Shown here piece after piece: positions 28,741-38,739 of a stretch of 64,000 nucleotides of DNA. The notes beneath the pieces were generated by a model. The model was given only the letters and a program-made list of their open reading frames with translations. It made no database searches and was not told the origin of the DNA. The first letter of the stretch is position 1; the number at the start of each line of letters is the position of its first letter. Source of the DNA: Gemmatimonadota bacterium (GTDB taxonomy: Bacteria > Gemmatimonadota > Gemmatimonadetes > Gemmatimonadales > GWC2-71-9); contig JBDHAB010000006.1 in assembly GCA_039588295.1 (NCBI GenBank), forward strand, positions 161,347 to 225,346, given 5' to 3'. The position numbers were made by a program, and so were the translations under genes.

Positions 28741-29964
28741 TCAAAAATACAGGGTTGCTCGCGCGATTCCCGAGTAGAGTCCTGGCGGGAAGACACCGTC
28801 GGCGTTGCCGAGTGTGAGTCCGCCGAAGACCACGAGGTCGAGGTTCTGTGCGAGTGACGCGTCGATCCGCGGATTGACCACGAACGACCCGTCCAACGCG
28901 ACAAACACATACAGGCTTCCCAGGACCAGATCCGAGAGGTCCCGACGTACCCCCGCCAACATCCATCCGCTGCCCACCGGTTCGCCGTAAAGGACGTTCG
29001 CGAGCCAATCGTGCAGCGGGTACGGCGCGTCCGCTGGCGATCGTCCGTTGTACAGCGCCTCAGCCAGCAGGTAGGTCCCGTCGTTCAGGGTGTAGTCGAT
29101 GCCGAGCACGGCGCGCACGAAGTCGGCTTCGTCGTCCAGCGCGTTCCAGTTGCCCTCCAACCACACACCCAGCCCAAGCAGCTCGCCTGACAACCCCACT
29201 CCCACGGCGTGGCGCCGTTGGGTGTAGGGCTCAAGCGTGGACGGACGCAGGGCGGTGGAATCGGTGACGCGGTGGACCGTGAGCGCGACATCGTAACCGA
29301 TGGCATTGACGTGCGTCCCCACGCGGAGCGCGTAGCCGGTTCGATCGATGTCCTTCTTGGGTGCCGCGATGACCGAGGCCTGTCCGCCGAGTCCCCAGCG
29401 GTAATCCAGTCGCAGCGCCGTTACGCCTTCCTTCTCGTAGGTAGGGTCCAGCAGGTCCTTGCGGTGAAACAGATCGGTCGGGTTGAAGCTGTACGCGGGT
29501 CCCCAGGACAGCTGTTGCTTCCCGGCGCGGACGCGGAGTCCTCCCGTACTCCAAGTCACGAACAGGTTGTCCACGAAGAACCGGGCGCGATCCACGCTGA
29601 ACGTGTCGGGCACGCCAATGGCGGCCATCTCCCGGGCGACGGCGTCGGGTAGGTACGGACTCAAGCGGCGCGAGCGGGCGCCGAGCGCCACGATGAGGTT
29701 CACGTTGCCCTGGATTTCGAGTCCACGGAATGGTGCGCCGCCGACGTCGAACCGAACTTTGGATGCGTCGAGCACCTGGCCCTTCGCCTCTTGCGTGTAG
29801 TCGGCCTGAAGGGTGTTCTCCACGTAGCCCGAGTACTCGACGATTTGCGCGGCGAGTGGGGAGGCAAAGACGACCGCGACGAGGGTGATCGCGCCTCGGG
29901 GCGCATGCCGCACGAGACCGGACGCCTGACGCTTCACGTCGCTCACCACGACTTGCCTCGTCAC
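28741..29964 (-). CDS. Outer membrane beta-barrel protein, hypothetical
   Basis: Signal peptide, RAGKQQLSWG..FNPTD motif, amphipathic strands, terminal YF; last gene of the MMPL operon. Start uncertain. Confidence 0.7.
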   Translation of the reverse strand: MTRQVVVSDVKRQASGLVRHAPRGAITLVAVVFASPLAAQIVEYSGYVENTLQADYTQEAKGQVLDASKVRFDVGGAPFRGLEIQGNVNLIVALGARSRRLSPYLPDAVAREMAAIGVPDTFSVDRARFFVDNLFVTWSTGGLRVRAGKQQLSWGPAYSFNPTDLFHRKDLLDPTYEKEGVTALRLDYRWGLGGQASVIAAPKKDIDRTGYALRVGTHVNAIGYDVALTVHRVTDSTALRPSTLEPYTQRRHAVGVGLSGELLGLGVWLEGNWNALDDEADFVRAVLGIDYTLNDGTYLLAEALYNGRSPADAPYPLHDWLANVLYGEPVGSGWMLAGVRRDLSDLVLGSLYVFVALDGSFVVNPRIDASLAQNLDLVVFGGLTLGNADGVFPPGLYSGIARATLYF

Positions 29965-29974
29965 ATGGTTGGGC

Positions 29975-30769
29975 TCACGGAATCCGGCGGCTCAACGCGG
30001 CTTTTGTGAAGAGCGACCGGTCCGGTTCGATGGCGAAGGTGGTTTCGAGCGTCTCGAGCACGGTCCGCGACGCTTCGCGGTGGTTCACCATCTCGAGTCT
30101 GAGCGCGACCGTGCGGCCCTCTATGGTCTGGAAATTGCTCAGCGTGAGCGTCTTCAGGTGATGGTTCTCGTCGTAGTACTCGATTCGGCGCGTGAGGTGA
30201 TCAGTGATGCCGGCCCACAGGATCAGATGATTGTAGGACGGGCCGCTCTCCGTCGGCGTGCATCGTAGCTTCACCGTCTCCACGCCATCGGTGACCGCGG
30301 TGTCGAGTACTTGGGCGGTGTAATCCTCCGTGAGGTCGCCCATCGCGAGGTCCTCGTACGAGAAGTCGGATCCCATCGCGCTCTGCTTACGGTTATGCCC
30401 TGCGAAGTGCCGAGTTACATCACGGCGCTTCATGTAGTACCAGAACTGGTCGCCGCCTTCGAGCTGTAGGATCTTGTCGTCGGCAACCCGCCGCGGTTCA
30501 ACGTAGGCCATGAGCGAGACGTCACCATTCTCGGCGGACCACGCCCGGATCGTAAATGTTCGCTCCGAACCGCCCGACGTGGTAATCGTCTGTCGCAGCA
30601 CCGAGTAAGAATGCGGGATCCGCTCGGCGGCTTCGATACGCTGGAGCCAGGCAGCGCCGTCGTCTTCTTGCGCAACCGCGAGCTGAGCCGGCGCGATAAT
30701 GCAGGCCGCCAGGAATCCCAGCATCGCAGCCGCACATCGCGTCGTCGATCGATCGCTATCCAGTGGCAT
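29975..30769 (-). CDS. Outer membrane lipoprotein-sorting protein (LolA-like)
   Basis: Signal peptide; MGSDFSYEDL motif; RIEYYD..LKTL; typical partner of MMPL. Confidence 0.85.
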   Translation of the reverse strand: MPLDSDRSTTRCAAAMLGFLAACIIAPAQLAVAQEDDGAAWLQRIEAAERIPHSYSVLRQTITTSGGSERTFTIRAWSAENGDVSLMAYVEPRRVADDKILQLEGGDQFWYYMKRRDVTRHFAGHNRKQSAMGSDFSYEDLAMGDLTEDYTAQVLDTAVTDGVETVKLRCTPTESGPSYNHLILWAGITDHLTRRIEYYDENHHLKTLTLSNFQTIEGRTVALRLEMVNHREASRTVLETLETTFAIEPDRSLFTKAALSRRIP

Positions 30770-33548
30770 AGCTCGTATCTCGCACTTCTGGTTCGACAGC
30801 CGGCTGTAGCTTCGGATGCCCACCGATCACGCGGAGCACCGCGGGGAGTACCAGCACCGTGGCCAGGAAGCAGGCACCGACGCCGAGGAACAGGACCTGC
30901 CCGAAGCTTGCCATACCGCGCATTTCGTAGAATGCGACGCTGCCGAACCCGATCATGGTCGTGAGCGACGTGAGGAGAATGGCCTTGCCGACAAACTGAA
31001 AGCTCTGCTCCACTCGGTCCACCCCGTCATTGCGCTGCTCGCGGTACCGATGCAGTGCGTGCACGCCGTCGTCGATTCCGATACCGAGAATGATCGGCGT
31101 CGCGATCAGGTTCATGTAGTTATACGTCATGCCGAATACGTACATGAGACCAAGCATGGTGACGGTGCCCACCCCGAGGGGTACGAGGGCGAGCAGCCCC
31201 AGGGGTCCGCGGAAGTGGAAGAGCAACAACACGGCGATCACGGCGAGTGCGAGCAGGGCGGCGGCCCGTCCGTCCGCCAACGTCTCATCCATCATCACCA
31301 GGATCATCTTCTCACTGCCGATCACCCCGGGATCGATGGCCTCGGTCTGTGATGCAAATCGCTCGAGGCCTGCCTTGTCCCACAGGTACCCGCGCGGCAC
31401 AATGTGCAGCAGGTACCCGTCACCCACACGCGGCGTGAAGGTCCGCACCATGTTGGGAGGCACGTCGGCGATCGACACTGTGTCGGGGTTCGTCATCCGC
31501 GCGAGGTTGGCCTCGAGCCGCGTCGACCATCGCTCGGCGAGCGGGAGCATCACACCCCCGTCCAGCCCGTTTGCGAGCCGGCGGAAGAGCGTGGGGAGCA
31601 ACGCGTTGGTGTCGGTCTCCCCCGTTTCCGAATTCACACCGGTCATCTGATCGATCACCTGCACGATGCGGTCGAGCCCGGCGGTGAACGCCAGATTGGA
31701 CATCAAGTCGAGGTTGTCCCACAGCCGCTCGACCTGCTCGGCAAGAGCCTGGTCACTGCCCGAGCCCCAAGCGGGCAGCTCGCGCGAGAGCGTCACTCGG
31801 CGAAACGTCTCGAGCCTGGGCGCATAGGTAGCGAGCCGTTCCCGAGAGGGGATGAAATCACTGATGCTGTTGACGTCGCCAACTGCGGGAAGGGTCCGGA
31901 ACTCTTCTTTGAACGCCCGGCTCTGCTCCACGGTCTGCGTGATGAGCCACGCGGCGTGGTCGGAGGTGCCGAACCGACCAGGGATCTCGCGTTGCAGCTC
32001 GACGGAGCGCAACCCCTTGGCCTCGAGCTCGAGAAAGTCGTACTCGTATCCGGTGTGGCGCACGGCCCAGAGTGAGGCCCCGACCACGAGCCCGGTTCCC
32101 GCCAAGAAGAGTCCTGGGTGGCGCCAGCCGGCCGCCGCGACGGCTCCGATCCAGCGGTATCCCCCATCGGGGCGAAGCCGTGCGGGCTGCGCCGCGCCGC
32201 GACGTGCGAGCCATCGTTGCCGGAGCACCAGCAGCGGCGGCAGGGTGACGAAGATCGCGAACAGTGTGAGAATGACCCCCAGTCCGGCAGCCACACCGAA
32301 CTCGAACACCCCGTTGGTCTCTCCGATCATGAGGGTGAAGAACGCCATAGCCGTTGTCAGCCCGCCGATGATGACCGCCGAACCCGTCCCGCCGAGCATG
32401 GTCGCCACCGCGTCGTCCACCGGAGCACGTCGCCCTATCTCCTCCCGAAATCGCGAGATCAGGTGAATGGAGAAATCGATGCCCAGACCGAGGAGCACCA
32501 GCATCATGAGCGCGGTGAACAGGTTCAACGAGCCAAACAGCACATACAGCACGCCCATGGTCCAGAACATTCCTACGAGCAGGGGTGCCAGGGCCAACAG
32601 CGGCATCACCCACCCACGAAATGTCCGGGAGAGCAGCGCATAGATGAGCACGAGTGCAATGAGCGACAGGACGATCGTGTATCCGCCTACCGTCCGCATC
32701 TCATCTTGACTGATCTTGCCCATGCCCGTGCTGGATGCGTGGACCTCGGCGTGATTGGCCGCGACGTCGAACATGACTGCCTCGACCTCCTCGACAGTTG
32801 CGATCAGGCGGTCGACCTCGTCGGTGCTGGCCACGGGGGTGCAGGCGATGAGCAGCATCCGCCGGTCCAGGCTGAGCAGCCAGGGGTCACCCAAGGAAAG
32901 CGCGTCGGCTGCTTCGGTCATCGCCTCCGGTCCTTGCTCTCCGGAGACCGCGGCCGACAACAGCTCGAGCGAACGCGTCATGCCGAGAAGACCTCGGGCG
33001 ACCTCTACTTCGTCGCGGCGCAGGTTGGATTCACTTTCCACGTATTCGCGCTCGAAGTCGTCGTTGAGGCCCCGCAAGGTGCCGACGAGTGTCCAGTCCT
33101 CGAACGAGTCGAGCGTACGGTCGAACCGCTCCGGTTTGATCAATGCGAACGCGTGGTCGCGAAAGAAGTCGACCGGCAACTTGCCAACCACGTTGTGGAG
33201 GCTCTCGAGGCGCTCCAACCGAGGTGTGAGCTCCTCAGCCATCGCCACGATGGCATCCCGCTCCCCTTCGAGCGCGATCACAATGGAAGGTTCGCCGAAG
33301 CGGTCCAAGACATCGCGATAGAGCTGGACGGTCGTGTGGTCCTCGGGAAGCAGGTCGGTCCAGTTCATCCGCAGCTCGAGTTGCGCAGCCAGGACGAGAC
33401 ACCCGGTCGTAAGGATCCCGACGGCGGCGAGTGTCCATGCGGCGCGGCGTAGCGCCAGGTGGGCCAGCATCCGAACCCACCATCGGCTCCGGTACTGCTC
33501 AGCCGTCGTGCTGCGACTCGAGGACGCGCCGGGTTCGAGCTCGGTCAT
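30756..33548 (-). CDS. MMPL/RND-family transporter
   Basis: Two repeats of periplasmic domain plus TM bundle; GLGIDFSIH and GIGIDDGVH motifs. Confidence 0.92.
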   Translation of the reverse strand: MTELEPGASSSRSTTAEQYRSRWWVRMLAHLALRRAAWTLAAVGILTTGCLVLAAQLELRMNWTDLLPEDHTTVQLYRDVLDRFGEPSIVIALEGERDAIVAMAEELTPRLERLESLHNVVGKLPVDFFRDHAFALIKPERFDRTLDSFEDWTLVGTLRGLNDDFEREYVESESNLRRDEVEVARGLLGMTRSLELLSAAVSGEQGPEAMTEAADALSLGDPWLLSLDRRMLLIACTPVASTDEVDRLIATVEEVEAVMFDVAANHAEVHASSTGMGKISQDEMRTVGGYTIVLSLIALVLIYALLSRTFRGWVMPLLALAPLLVGMFWTMGVLYVLFGSLNLFTALMMLVLLGLGIDFSIHLISRFREEIGRRAPVDDAVATMLGGTGSAVIIGGLTTAMAFFTLMIGETNGVFEFGVAAGLGVILTLFAIFVTLPPLLVLRQRWLARRGAAQPARLRPDGGYRWIGAVAAAGWRHPGLFLAGTGLVVGASLWAVRHTGYEYDFLELEAKGLRSVELQREIPGRFGTSDHAAWLITQTVEQSRAFKEEFRTLPAVGDVNSISDFIPSRERLATYAPRLETFRRVTLSRELPAWGSGSDQALAEQVERLWDNLDLMSNLAFTAGLDRIVQVIDQMTGVNSETGETDTNALLPTLFRRLANGLDGGVMLPLAERWSTRLEANLARMTNPDTVSIADVPPNMVRTFTPRVGDGYLLHIVPRGYLWDKAGLERFASQTEAIDPGVIGSEKMILVMMDETLADGRAAALLALAVIAVLLLFHFRGPLGLLALVPLGVGTVTMLGLMYVFGMTYNYMNLIATPIILGIGIDDGVHALHRYREQRNDGVDRVEQSFQFVGKAILLTSLTTMIGFGSVAFYEMRGMASFGQVLFLGVGACFLATVLVLPAVLRVIGGHPKLQPAVEPEVRDTSYATG

Positions 33549-33558
33549 GTTTCCCCCC

Positions 33559-34239
33559 TCATCCTCCGGCGCCTCTCGTCCCCGACTCGGCTTCGTTCGG
33601 GTCGATGGCGCCGAGACCCCGAACGATGAATTGCTGCACCTCTCTCGCGAGCGTGGCGTCCTCCAGCGGCCCGGGCATGTTCATCACGCGTGGCATCAGG
33701 AGGTAGACAGTGTCCAGGAGACCGAAGACCACCCACATGGCAGCGCGCGGGTCGAGTGGCCGAAACTGACCGGCGTCCACACCGTCCCGCAGGATCCGGT
33801 CGAGCGGTCCGCCCATCTGACTGAGGCGGATCTCCTCGGTCCGCGCGCCGAACGAGCGCATCAGATCGAGGTCCTCGACCATCACCTGAAGCGCCGGGTG
33901 TTCGCGAACGATCTCGGCGTACAGGTCCAGCAGCGAGTGAAGCCGGCCGCGCGGGTCCAGATCGGCCGGAAGACTCGCCTCCCACGTTTCCGTCATCTCG
34001 TTGAGGACCGCTTCGATCCACTGCATGAGCAGGTCCTGCTTGTCACGGAACAGCTCGTAGAATGTTCGCTTGCTCATTCCCGCTGCTCGGCACACGTCCT
34101 CGACGGTGGTCTTCCGGTAACCGAAGCGCCCGAACAGCGGCTCAGCGGCATCGAAGAACCGACGAGGTCGTGGATCCGGGGCGGAACGGGAACCCGCCGA
34201 TTCCGGCACCCGGGCGACGGCATCCGTTTGATTCGGCAT
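33559..34239 (-). CDS. TetR/AcrR-family regulator
   Basis: AAEPLFGRFGYRKTTVEDVCRAAGMSKRTFYELFRDKQDL helix-turn-helix. Confidence 0.92.
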   Translation of the reverse strand: MPNQTDAVARVPESAGSRSAPDPRPRRFFDAAEPLFGRFGYRKTTVEDVCRAAGMSKRTFYELFRDKQDLLMQWIEAVLNEMTETWEASLPADLDPRGRLHSLLDLYAEIVREHPALQVMVEDLDLMRSFGARTEEIRLSQMGGPLDRILRDGVDAGQFRPLDPRAAMWVVFGLLDTVYLLMPRVMNMPGPLEDATLAREVQQFIVRGLGAIDPNEAESGTRGAGG

Positions 34240-34270
34240 GAACACGACCACCTGGGAGTGGTACGAAGGA

Positions 34271-34299
34271 AGGATAAACGTTTATACGACCACAGTCAA
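34271..34299 (-). promoter_or_regulatory. Sigma-70 promoter with overlapping palindromic operator
   Basis: Minus strand TTGACT-N17-TATCCT; perfect palindrome ATAAACGTTTAT at 34274-34285 overlaps the -10. Confidence 0.7.
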
Positions 34300-34368
34300 G
34301 TCGTTTAACTCGAAGGGGCGGTGGGGTCGCGCGTCGCTCGTAATGAGTTGTGCTTCAATCAGATGCGG

Positions 34369-36144
34369 TTACGGGCCGGAGGGCTCAGGGTGCCCTTGGG
34401 CCCCGGAGGCTCTGACCGCGCTGCGAAGCACCACGGCCCCCGCGACCGCGGCGATTGCGAGGTAGGCAAGCCCGGTTCCCCAACCCTCCAGAATCAGCTT
34501 GCCGACTCCGAACAGGCCGGCGTAGATGAGCGCGAGCCCGGCCACCCACTCCGTGAGGTCAGACCATCCCATGCGTTCAACCTTGACGCTGCTCCGCCGG
34601 GCAACGGGCTTCCACCCGGGAGAATTCGGCCGCACCCGCTCGTAGAAGGTGACGAGCACCGGCATGTCCGTGGGTGGTGTCAGCATCGCGACAGCAATCC
34701 AACAGACGGTCGACACCCCGGCGGTAGCGATGAGATGCCAGCCGAATCCGATCTCCGGATTGACGAAGTGAAGCCCGACATACACTAGGGCGGTGGAAAC
34801 CCACGCCGCGATCTCGCTCCACGCGTTGACGCGCCACCACCACCACCGCATCACGTACACGCCACCGATGCCCACGGTCATTCCAAAGAACAGTTCCCAG
34901 GCGCCGCGAATGGACTGCATGGCGTACGCGGTCCCGCCTCCGACTATCATCAGGACCACGACGAGGATGCGGGAGACGCGGACGTAGTGACGGTCTGGGG
35001 CGTCCCGGTTGAGGAATGGCTTGTACCCATCGTTCACCAGCAGGGAGACGCCCCAGTTGAGCAGCGTGTCGATGGTGCTCATGAAGGCGGCGAGCAAGCT
35101 GGCGACCATCAGTCCGAGCAGGCCCGTGGGCAGGAGCTGTACGATCATCATCGGGTAACCGAGTTCCTTGTCTTCGAGCTCGGGGAACGCGACGAGGGCG
35201 ATGAGCCCGACGATGATCCATGGCCACGGGCGCAACACGTAGTGCGCGAAGCAAAACCACAGTACGCCCAGGAAGCTGTGGTGCTCGTCCTTGGCGGCGA
35301 GCATACGCTGCACCATGTAGCTGGTGCCGCCGGCATCCCGGGTCGCCCACCAGTTCACACCGATGAGGGCGACGAACGTGATCAGGGGTAGGGAGGCGTC
35401 GCCGCCCCGGGGGAAGAAGCTGAGATACCCCTCAGCCAGCTCGCCGTACTGGTCTGCCAAGAGCGTCTTGAGCTGCCCGATGCCGCCGATGTCTCCGACC
35501 GCGATCACCGCGAGGGCGATGGCACCCGTCATGGCGAGCACGAACTGCACGAAGTCGGTCATCACGACGCCCCAGAACCCCGACAGCACCGTATAGGCCA
35601 CCGCGATCACCAGGCATACGATGATGCCGAACCAGCGGCCGTCGATGAGATGGTCGATGCCCAGTCGAACCGTTATCGCGTCGAGGCTCAGCAGCACGTC
35701 CATGATCTTGACCATCGCGAGGATGACCCAACCCATGATGATGCAGTTCAGGACGGCGCCTTCCCACACGCTGCGAAACCCGCGGAGCAGCCTGGCGGGT
35801 CGCCCCGAGTATCGGAGGTCCACGAGCTCCACGTCGGTGATCACCCCGGCACGACGCCACAGCCGGGCAAAGAAGAACGCGGCCATGAGGTGAGCGGCGG
35901 CGAAGTTCCACATGAACCACAGACCGGAGATGCCGTCGTTGGCGACGAGCCCCGTGACGGCCAGCGGCGTGTCGGCCGCGAACATGGTGGCAACGATCGA
36001 GGTGCCGACGATCCACCACGGGAGGTTTCTGCCCGACAGGAAGTACTGCGCGATGTTCTGACCGGCCCGCTGCCGGAAGATCAAACCGACGCCGAGCGCG
36101 AAGAGCAGGTACGCGAGGACAATCAGCCAGTCGAGGAGCGCCAT
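34369..36144 (-). CDS. Sodium:solute symporter (SSS family)
   Basis: YFLSGRNLPWW, ATMFAADTP, SGFWGVVMTDFVQF, QRMLAAK, AAFMSTIDT; about 14 TM helices. Confidence 0.93.
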   Translation of the reverse strand: MALLDWLIVLAYLLFALGVGLIFRQRAGQNIAQYFLSGRNLPWWIVGTSIVATMFAADTPLAVTGLVANDGISGLWFMWNFAAAHLMAAFFFARLWRRAGVITDVELVDLRYSGRPARLLRGFRSVWEGAVLNCIIMGWVILAMVKIMDVLLSLDAITVRLGIDHLIDGRWFGIIVCLVIAVAYTVLSGFWGVVMTDFVQFVLAMTGAIALAVIAVGDIGGIGQLKTLLADQYGELAEGYLSFFPRGGDASLPLITFVALIGVNWWATRDAGGTSYMVQRMLAAKDEHHSFLGVLWFCFAHYVLRPWPWIIVGLIALVAFPELEDKELGYPMMIVQLLPTGLLGLMVASLLAAFMSTIDTLLNWGVSLLVNDGYKPFLNRDAPDRHYVRVSRILVVVLMIVGGGTAYAMQSIRGAWELFFGMTVGIGGVYVMRWWWWRVNAWSEIAAWVSTALVYVGLHFVNPEIGFGWHLIATAGVSTVCWIAVAMLTPPTDMPVLVTFYERVRPNSPGWKPVARRSSVKVERMGWSDLTEWVAGLALIYAGLFGVGKLILEGWGTGLAYLAIAAVAGAVVLRSAVRASGAQGHPEPSGP

Positions 36145-36193
36145 CGTCCGTAGCTGGAGCGAGGTGCCGGTCGGTCCGCCCGGAGTCGGTGAA

Positions 36194-37822
36194 TCACCTC
36201 ACGGCATCGACACCCGCGTAGTGCACTCCCGTGAGCCACGCGATCTCTCGCTTCCACGTGGTGAGGTCACTTGCGTTGAAGTGTCGGAGATGTGTGTGGC
36301 CGCATGCGCGAGCCAGCGTTTGCATCAAATGCACCGACGCGCGGAGGAACCGGTCCAATCGCGGTGCGGCCACATCGACCAGCAGCCGTGAGCGCAAATG
36401 GGGTTTCTGAGTGGCGATGCCGACGGGGCAGTTGTTGGTGTGACACGCGCGCATGGCGATGCAGCCGACGGCCTGCATGGCAGCGTTGCTCACGGCGATC
36501 CCGTCGGCGCCCAATGCCAACGCCTTGGCGAAATCCGGTGCGGTACGGAGGCCTCCGGTGACCATGAGCGTGACGTGTCCGTTATCGGTGCGGTCTAGAT
36601 GCCGTCGCGCCCGGGCAAGCGCCGGCATCGTCGGCACCGAGATGTGATCGCGGAAGATGAGCGGTGCGGCCCCAGTGCCACCGCCCCTGCCGTCGAGGAT
36701 GATGTAATCGACCCCCACCTCGAGCGCGGCGTCGATGTCGGCTTCCACGTGCTGGGCCGACAGCTTGTAGCCAATGGGAATGCCCCCCGTTCGTTCCCGG
36801 ACCTGGTCCGCGAAGGCACGGAACTGGTCGAGGCTTTCCCAGTCGGGGAACCGCGCCGGCGAGATGGCTGGTTCACCCTCCTTCAGGCCGCGAACCTTCG
36901 CGATTTTCCCCTGTACCTTCCTGCCCGGCAGATGGCCACCGGTGCCGGTCTTGGCACCCTGCCCCCCCTTGAAGTGGAACGCCTGCACCTTGTCGAGCTT
37001 GTCCATCGAGAACCCGAACCGGCCCGAGGCAAGCTCATACATGTAGCGTGAGTTCTCGGCGTGTTCTTCCGGGAGCATGCCGCCTTCGCCCGAGGCGATC
37101 GCCGTCCCGGCCAGCTCGGCTCCGCGTGCGAGGGCGACCTTGGCCTCTTCGGAGAGCGCGCCGAAGCTCATGTCCGACACAAAGATCGGGATGTCGAGCC
37201 GCAGTGGCTTGCCGGCATTGGGTCCGATCACCAACTCCGTTCCGACCGGAACATCATCCAGTTGCGGCAGCCGATGCAGTTGCGCCGTGACGAACTGCAG
37301 ATCATCCCAGCTCGGGAGCTGCTGGCGGGGGACACCCATTGAGGCCACGGGGCCGTGCGCGCCGGTCTGCTCGAGCCCGTTGGACGCGAGCGCGCGAATG
37401 TGCCGGACGTAGGGCTCTTCCGGCGTGCCGTGCACATCCTGGTATGGCCCCTGGTAGTCGTCCCGCTTGAAGGGCTGCGGGTGTTCGCGCTGCCACGCCA
37501 GCACCTCCTCGGCGTCGACGTAGACCCCCCCGTTCTCGGTCCACGCCGCAAACTTCTTGAGCTGTTCCGCATTGCTGTATTCGCTGATGCCAGTGTCGAC
37601 CCGGTAGTCCCAGAGGTGCAACCCGCATACGAGGTTATTTCCGTCGACGTGTCCGTCGGCCAGCAGGGCGCCGCGGTGGAGACAACGACCGTAGAGCACG
37701 GACACGTTGTCATCGTGGCGGATCACGACCAAGTCGGTATTCCCGACGAGGGCGTGCGCCGGTGTCCGGTCGGCCAAGTCAGCAATGGTGGCAATGCGCA
37801 CTTTGTTCATAGGGTCGTCCAT
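36194..37822 (-). CDS. Rieske [2Fe-2S]-FMN-binding glutamate synthase family fusion
   Basis: N-terminal CLH...CGLH Rieske motif; MSFGALS, SGEGG, KGGQGAKTGTGG, DGRGGGTGA, and [3Fe-4S] motif CIAMRACHTNNCPVGIATQ. Confidence 0.9.
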   Translation of the reverse strand: MDDPMNKVRIATIADLADRTPAHALVGNTDLVVIRHDDNVSVLYGRCLHRGALLADGHVDGNNLVCGLHLWDYRVDTGISEYSNAEQLKKFAAWTENGGVYVDAEEVLAWQREHPQPFKRDDYQGPYQDVHGTPEEPYVRHIRALASNGLEQTGAHGPVASMGVPRQQLPSWDDLQFVTAQLHRLPQLDDVPVGTELVIGPNAGKPLRLDIPIFVSDMSFGALSEEAKVALARGAELAGTAIASGEGGMLPEEHAENSRYMYELASGRFGFSMDKLDKVQAFHFKGGQGAKTGTGGHLPGRKVQGKIAKVRGLKEGEPAISPARFPDWESLDQFRAFADQVRERTGGIPIGYKLSAQHVEADIDAALEVGVDYIILDGRGGGTGAAPLIFRDHISVPTMPALARARRHLDRTDNGHVTLMVTGGLRTAPDFAKALALGADGIAVSNAAMQAVGCIAMRACHTNNCPVGIATQKPHLRSRLLVDVAAPRLDRFLRASVHLMQTLARACGHTHLRHFNASDLTTWKREIAWLTGVHYAGVDAVR

Positions 37823-37851
37823 TCACTCCGAATACCGTGTGCCGCTGTCCA

Positions 37852-38730
37852 TCACGCGCCGGCCATCGCGCGCGCCGCCGGGATGGCGGATGCAAGGAAC
37901 GCTCGGGCTCGTGTCGCTTGCGCGTCGGCATCGGCGCCGCCCGCAACGAGCCGCGAACCGGTGAGGACGGCGCCAACCCACCCCTCGGTATGCCAGATGC
38001 CTTCGCCATCGAGAGGCGTAAGCGCGGGCGTCTTCGGATACGGCCAGGGGGTCACGTAGAAGTAGGGTTCGTCGTAGGACGCATCTCCCGGTGTCATCCC
38101 GACGCCCACGGACTTCGCCTTCTCCGGGTCGGCAGTCGCGTCGGGCGTGATGAGCGTTGCGATGTCGAGGTGGTGCGGCCACGTACGGACCGGTGCCGCA
38201 CCGTCGTTGCCAACGGCAACTTCCGAGAGGACGAGTAAGGCATTTCCGAACCAGCGCGCCAGCTCCCGCCGCGCTGTGCCAGCCCCGCCCGTGAAGGCCG
38301 CCCCAGACCGCAGCGCATGATCGGGAAAATCGGCGTCGGGCCGGTGTAACTCCTCGGGGTCGACCGCCCCAACGTCGTGCCGCGTCAGGGCACCCGCGAC
38401 CCACGCGTATCCCTCCTCGAGTGTTCTGCCTGTGAGTGCGACCTCGTCGAGCACCGACTCATGGTCATCGAACAGTACGACGCTGAAGTCGCCAAACCGT
38501 AGACCGACCCGAACAGGCGAGGTATCGCCAATCGGCCGAGTGACATGCGCGCCTGTGGCAGGCAGCCAGCCCAGGTTGGCATGACTGAAATCGGGAACGG
38601 CGTCGAGAAGAGCGAGCGGGACAGCGCCGATGATCTGCGCCGCCCAGTGAAGCTCGAGCCGTGTATCGGCGAGCGCGTCGGGACTCGTGCTGCCGAGTGA
38701 CTCCCACTCCGGTATCGGCGCCTGGCTCAT
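37852..38730 (-). CDS. Hypothetical protein (DUF5996-like)
   Basis: LHWAAQIIG..SH, WPHHLDIA, GMTPGD..YDEPYFYVTPWP patterns; RBS GGAG; sits within the operon. Confidence 0.65.
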   Translation of the reverse strand: MSQAPIPEWESLGSTSPDALADTRLELHWAAQIIGAVPLALLDAVPDFSHANLGWLPATGAHVTRPIGDTSPVRVGLRFGDFSVVLFDDHESVLDEVALTGRTLEEGYAWVAGALTRHDVGAVDPEELHRPDADFPDHALRSGAAFTGGAGTARRELARWFGNALLVLSEVAVGNDGAAPVRTWPHHLDIATLITPDATADPEKAKSVGVGMTPGDASYDEPYFYVTPWPYPKTPALTPLDGEGIWHTEGWVGAVLTGSRLVAGGADADAQATRARAFLASAIPAARAMAGA

Positions 38731-38739
38731 CGCGCGCTC

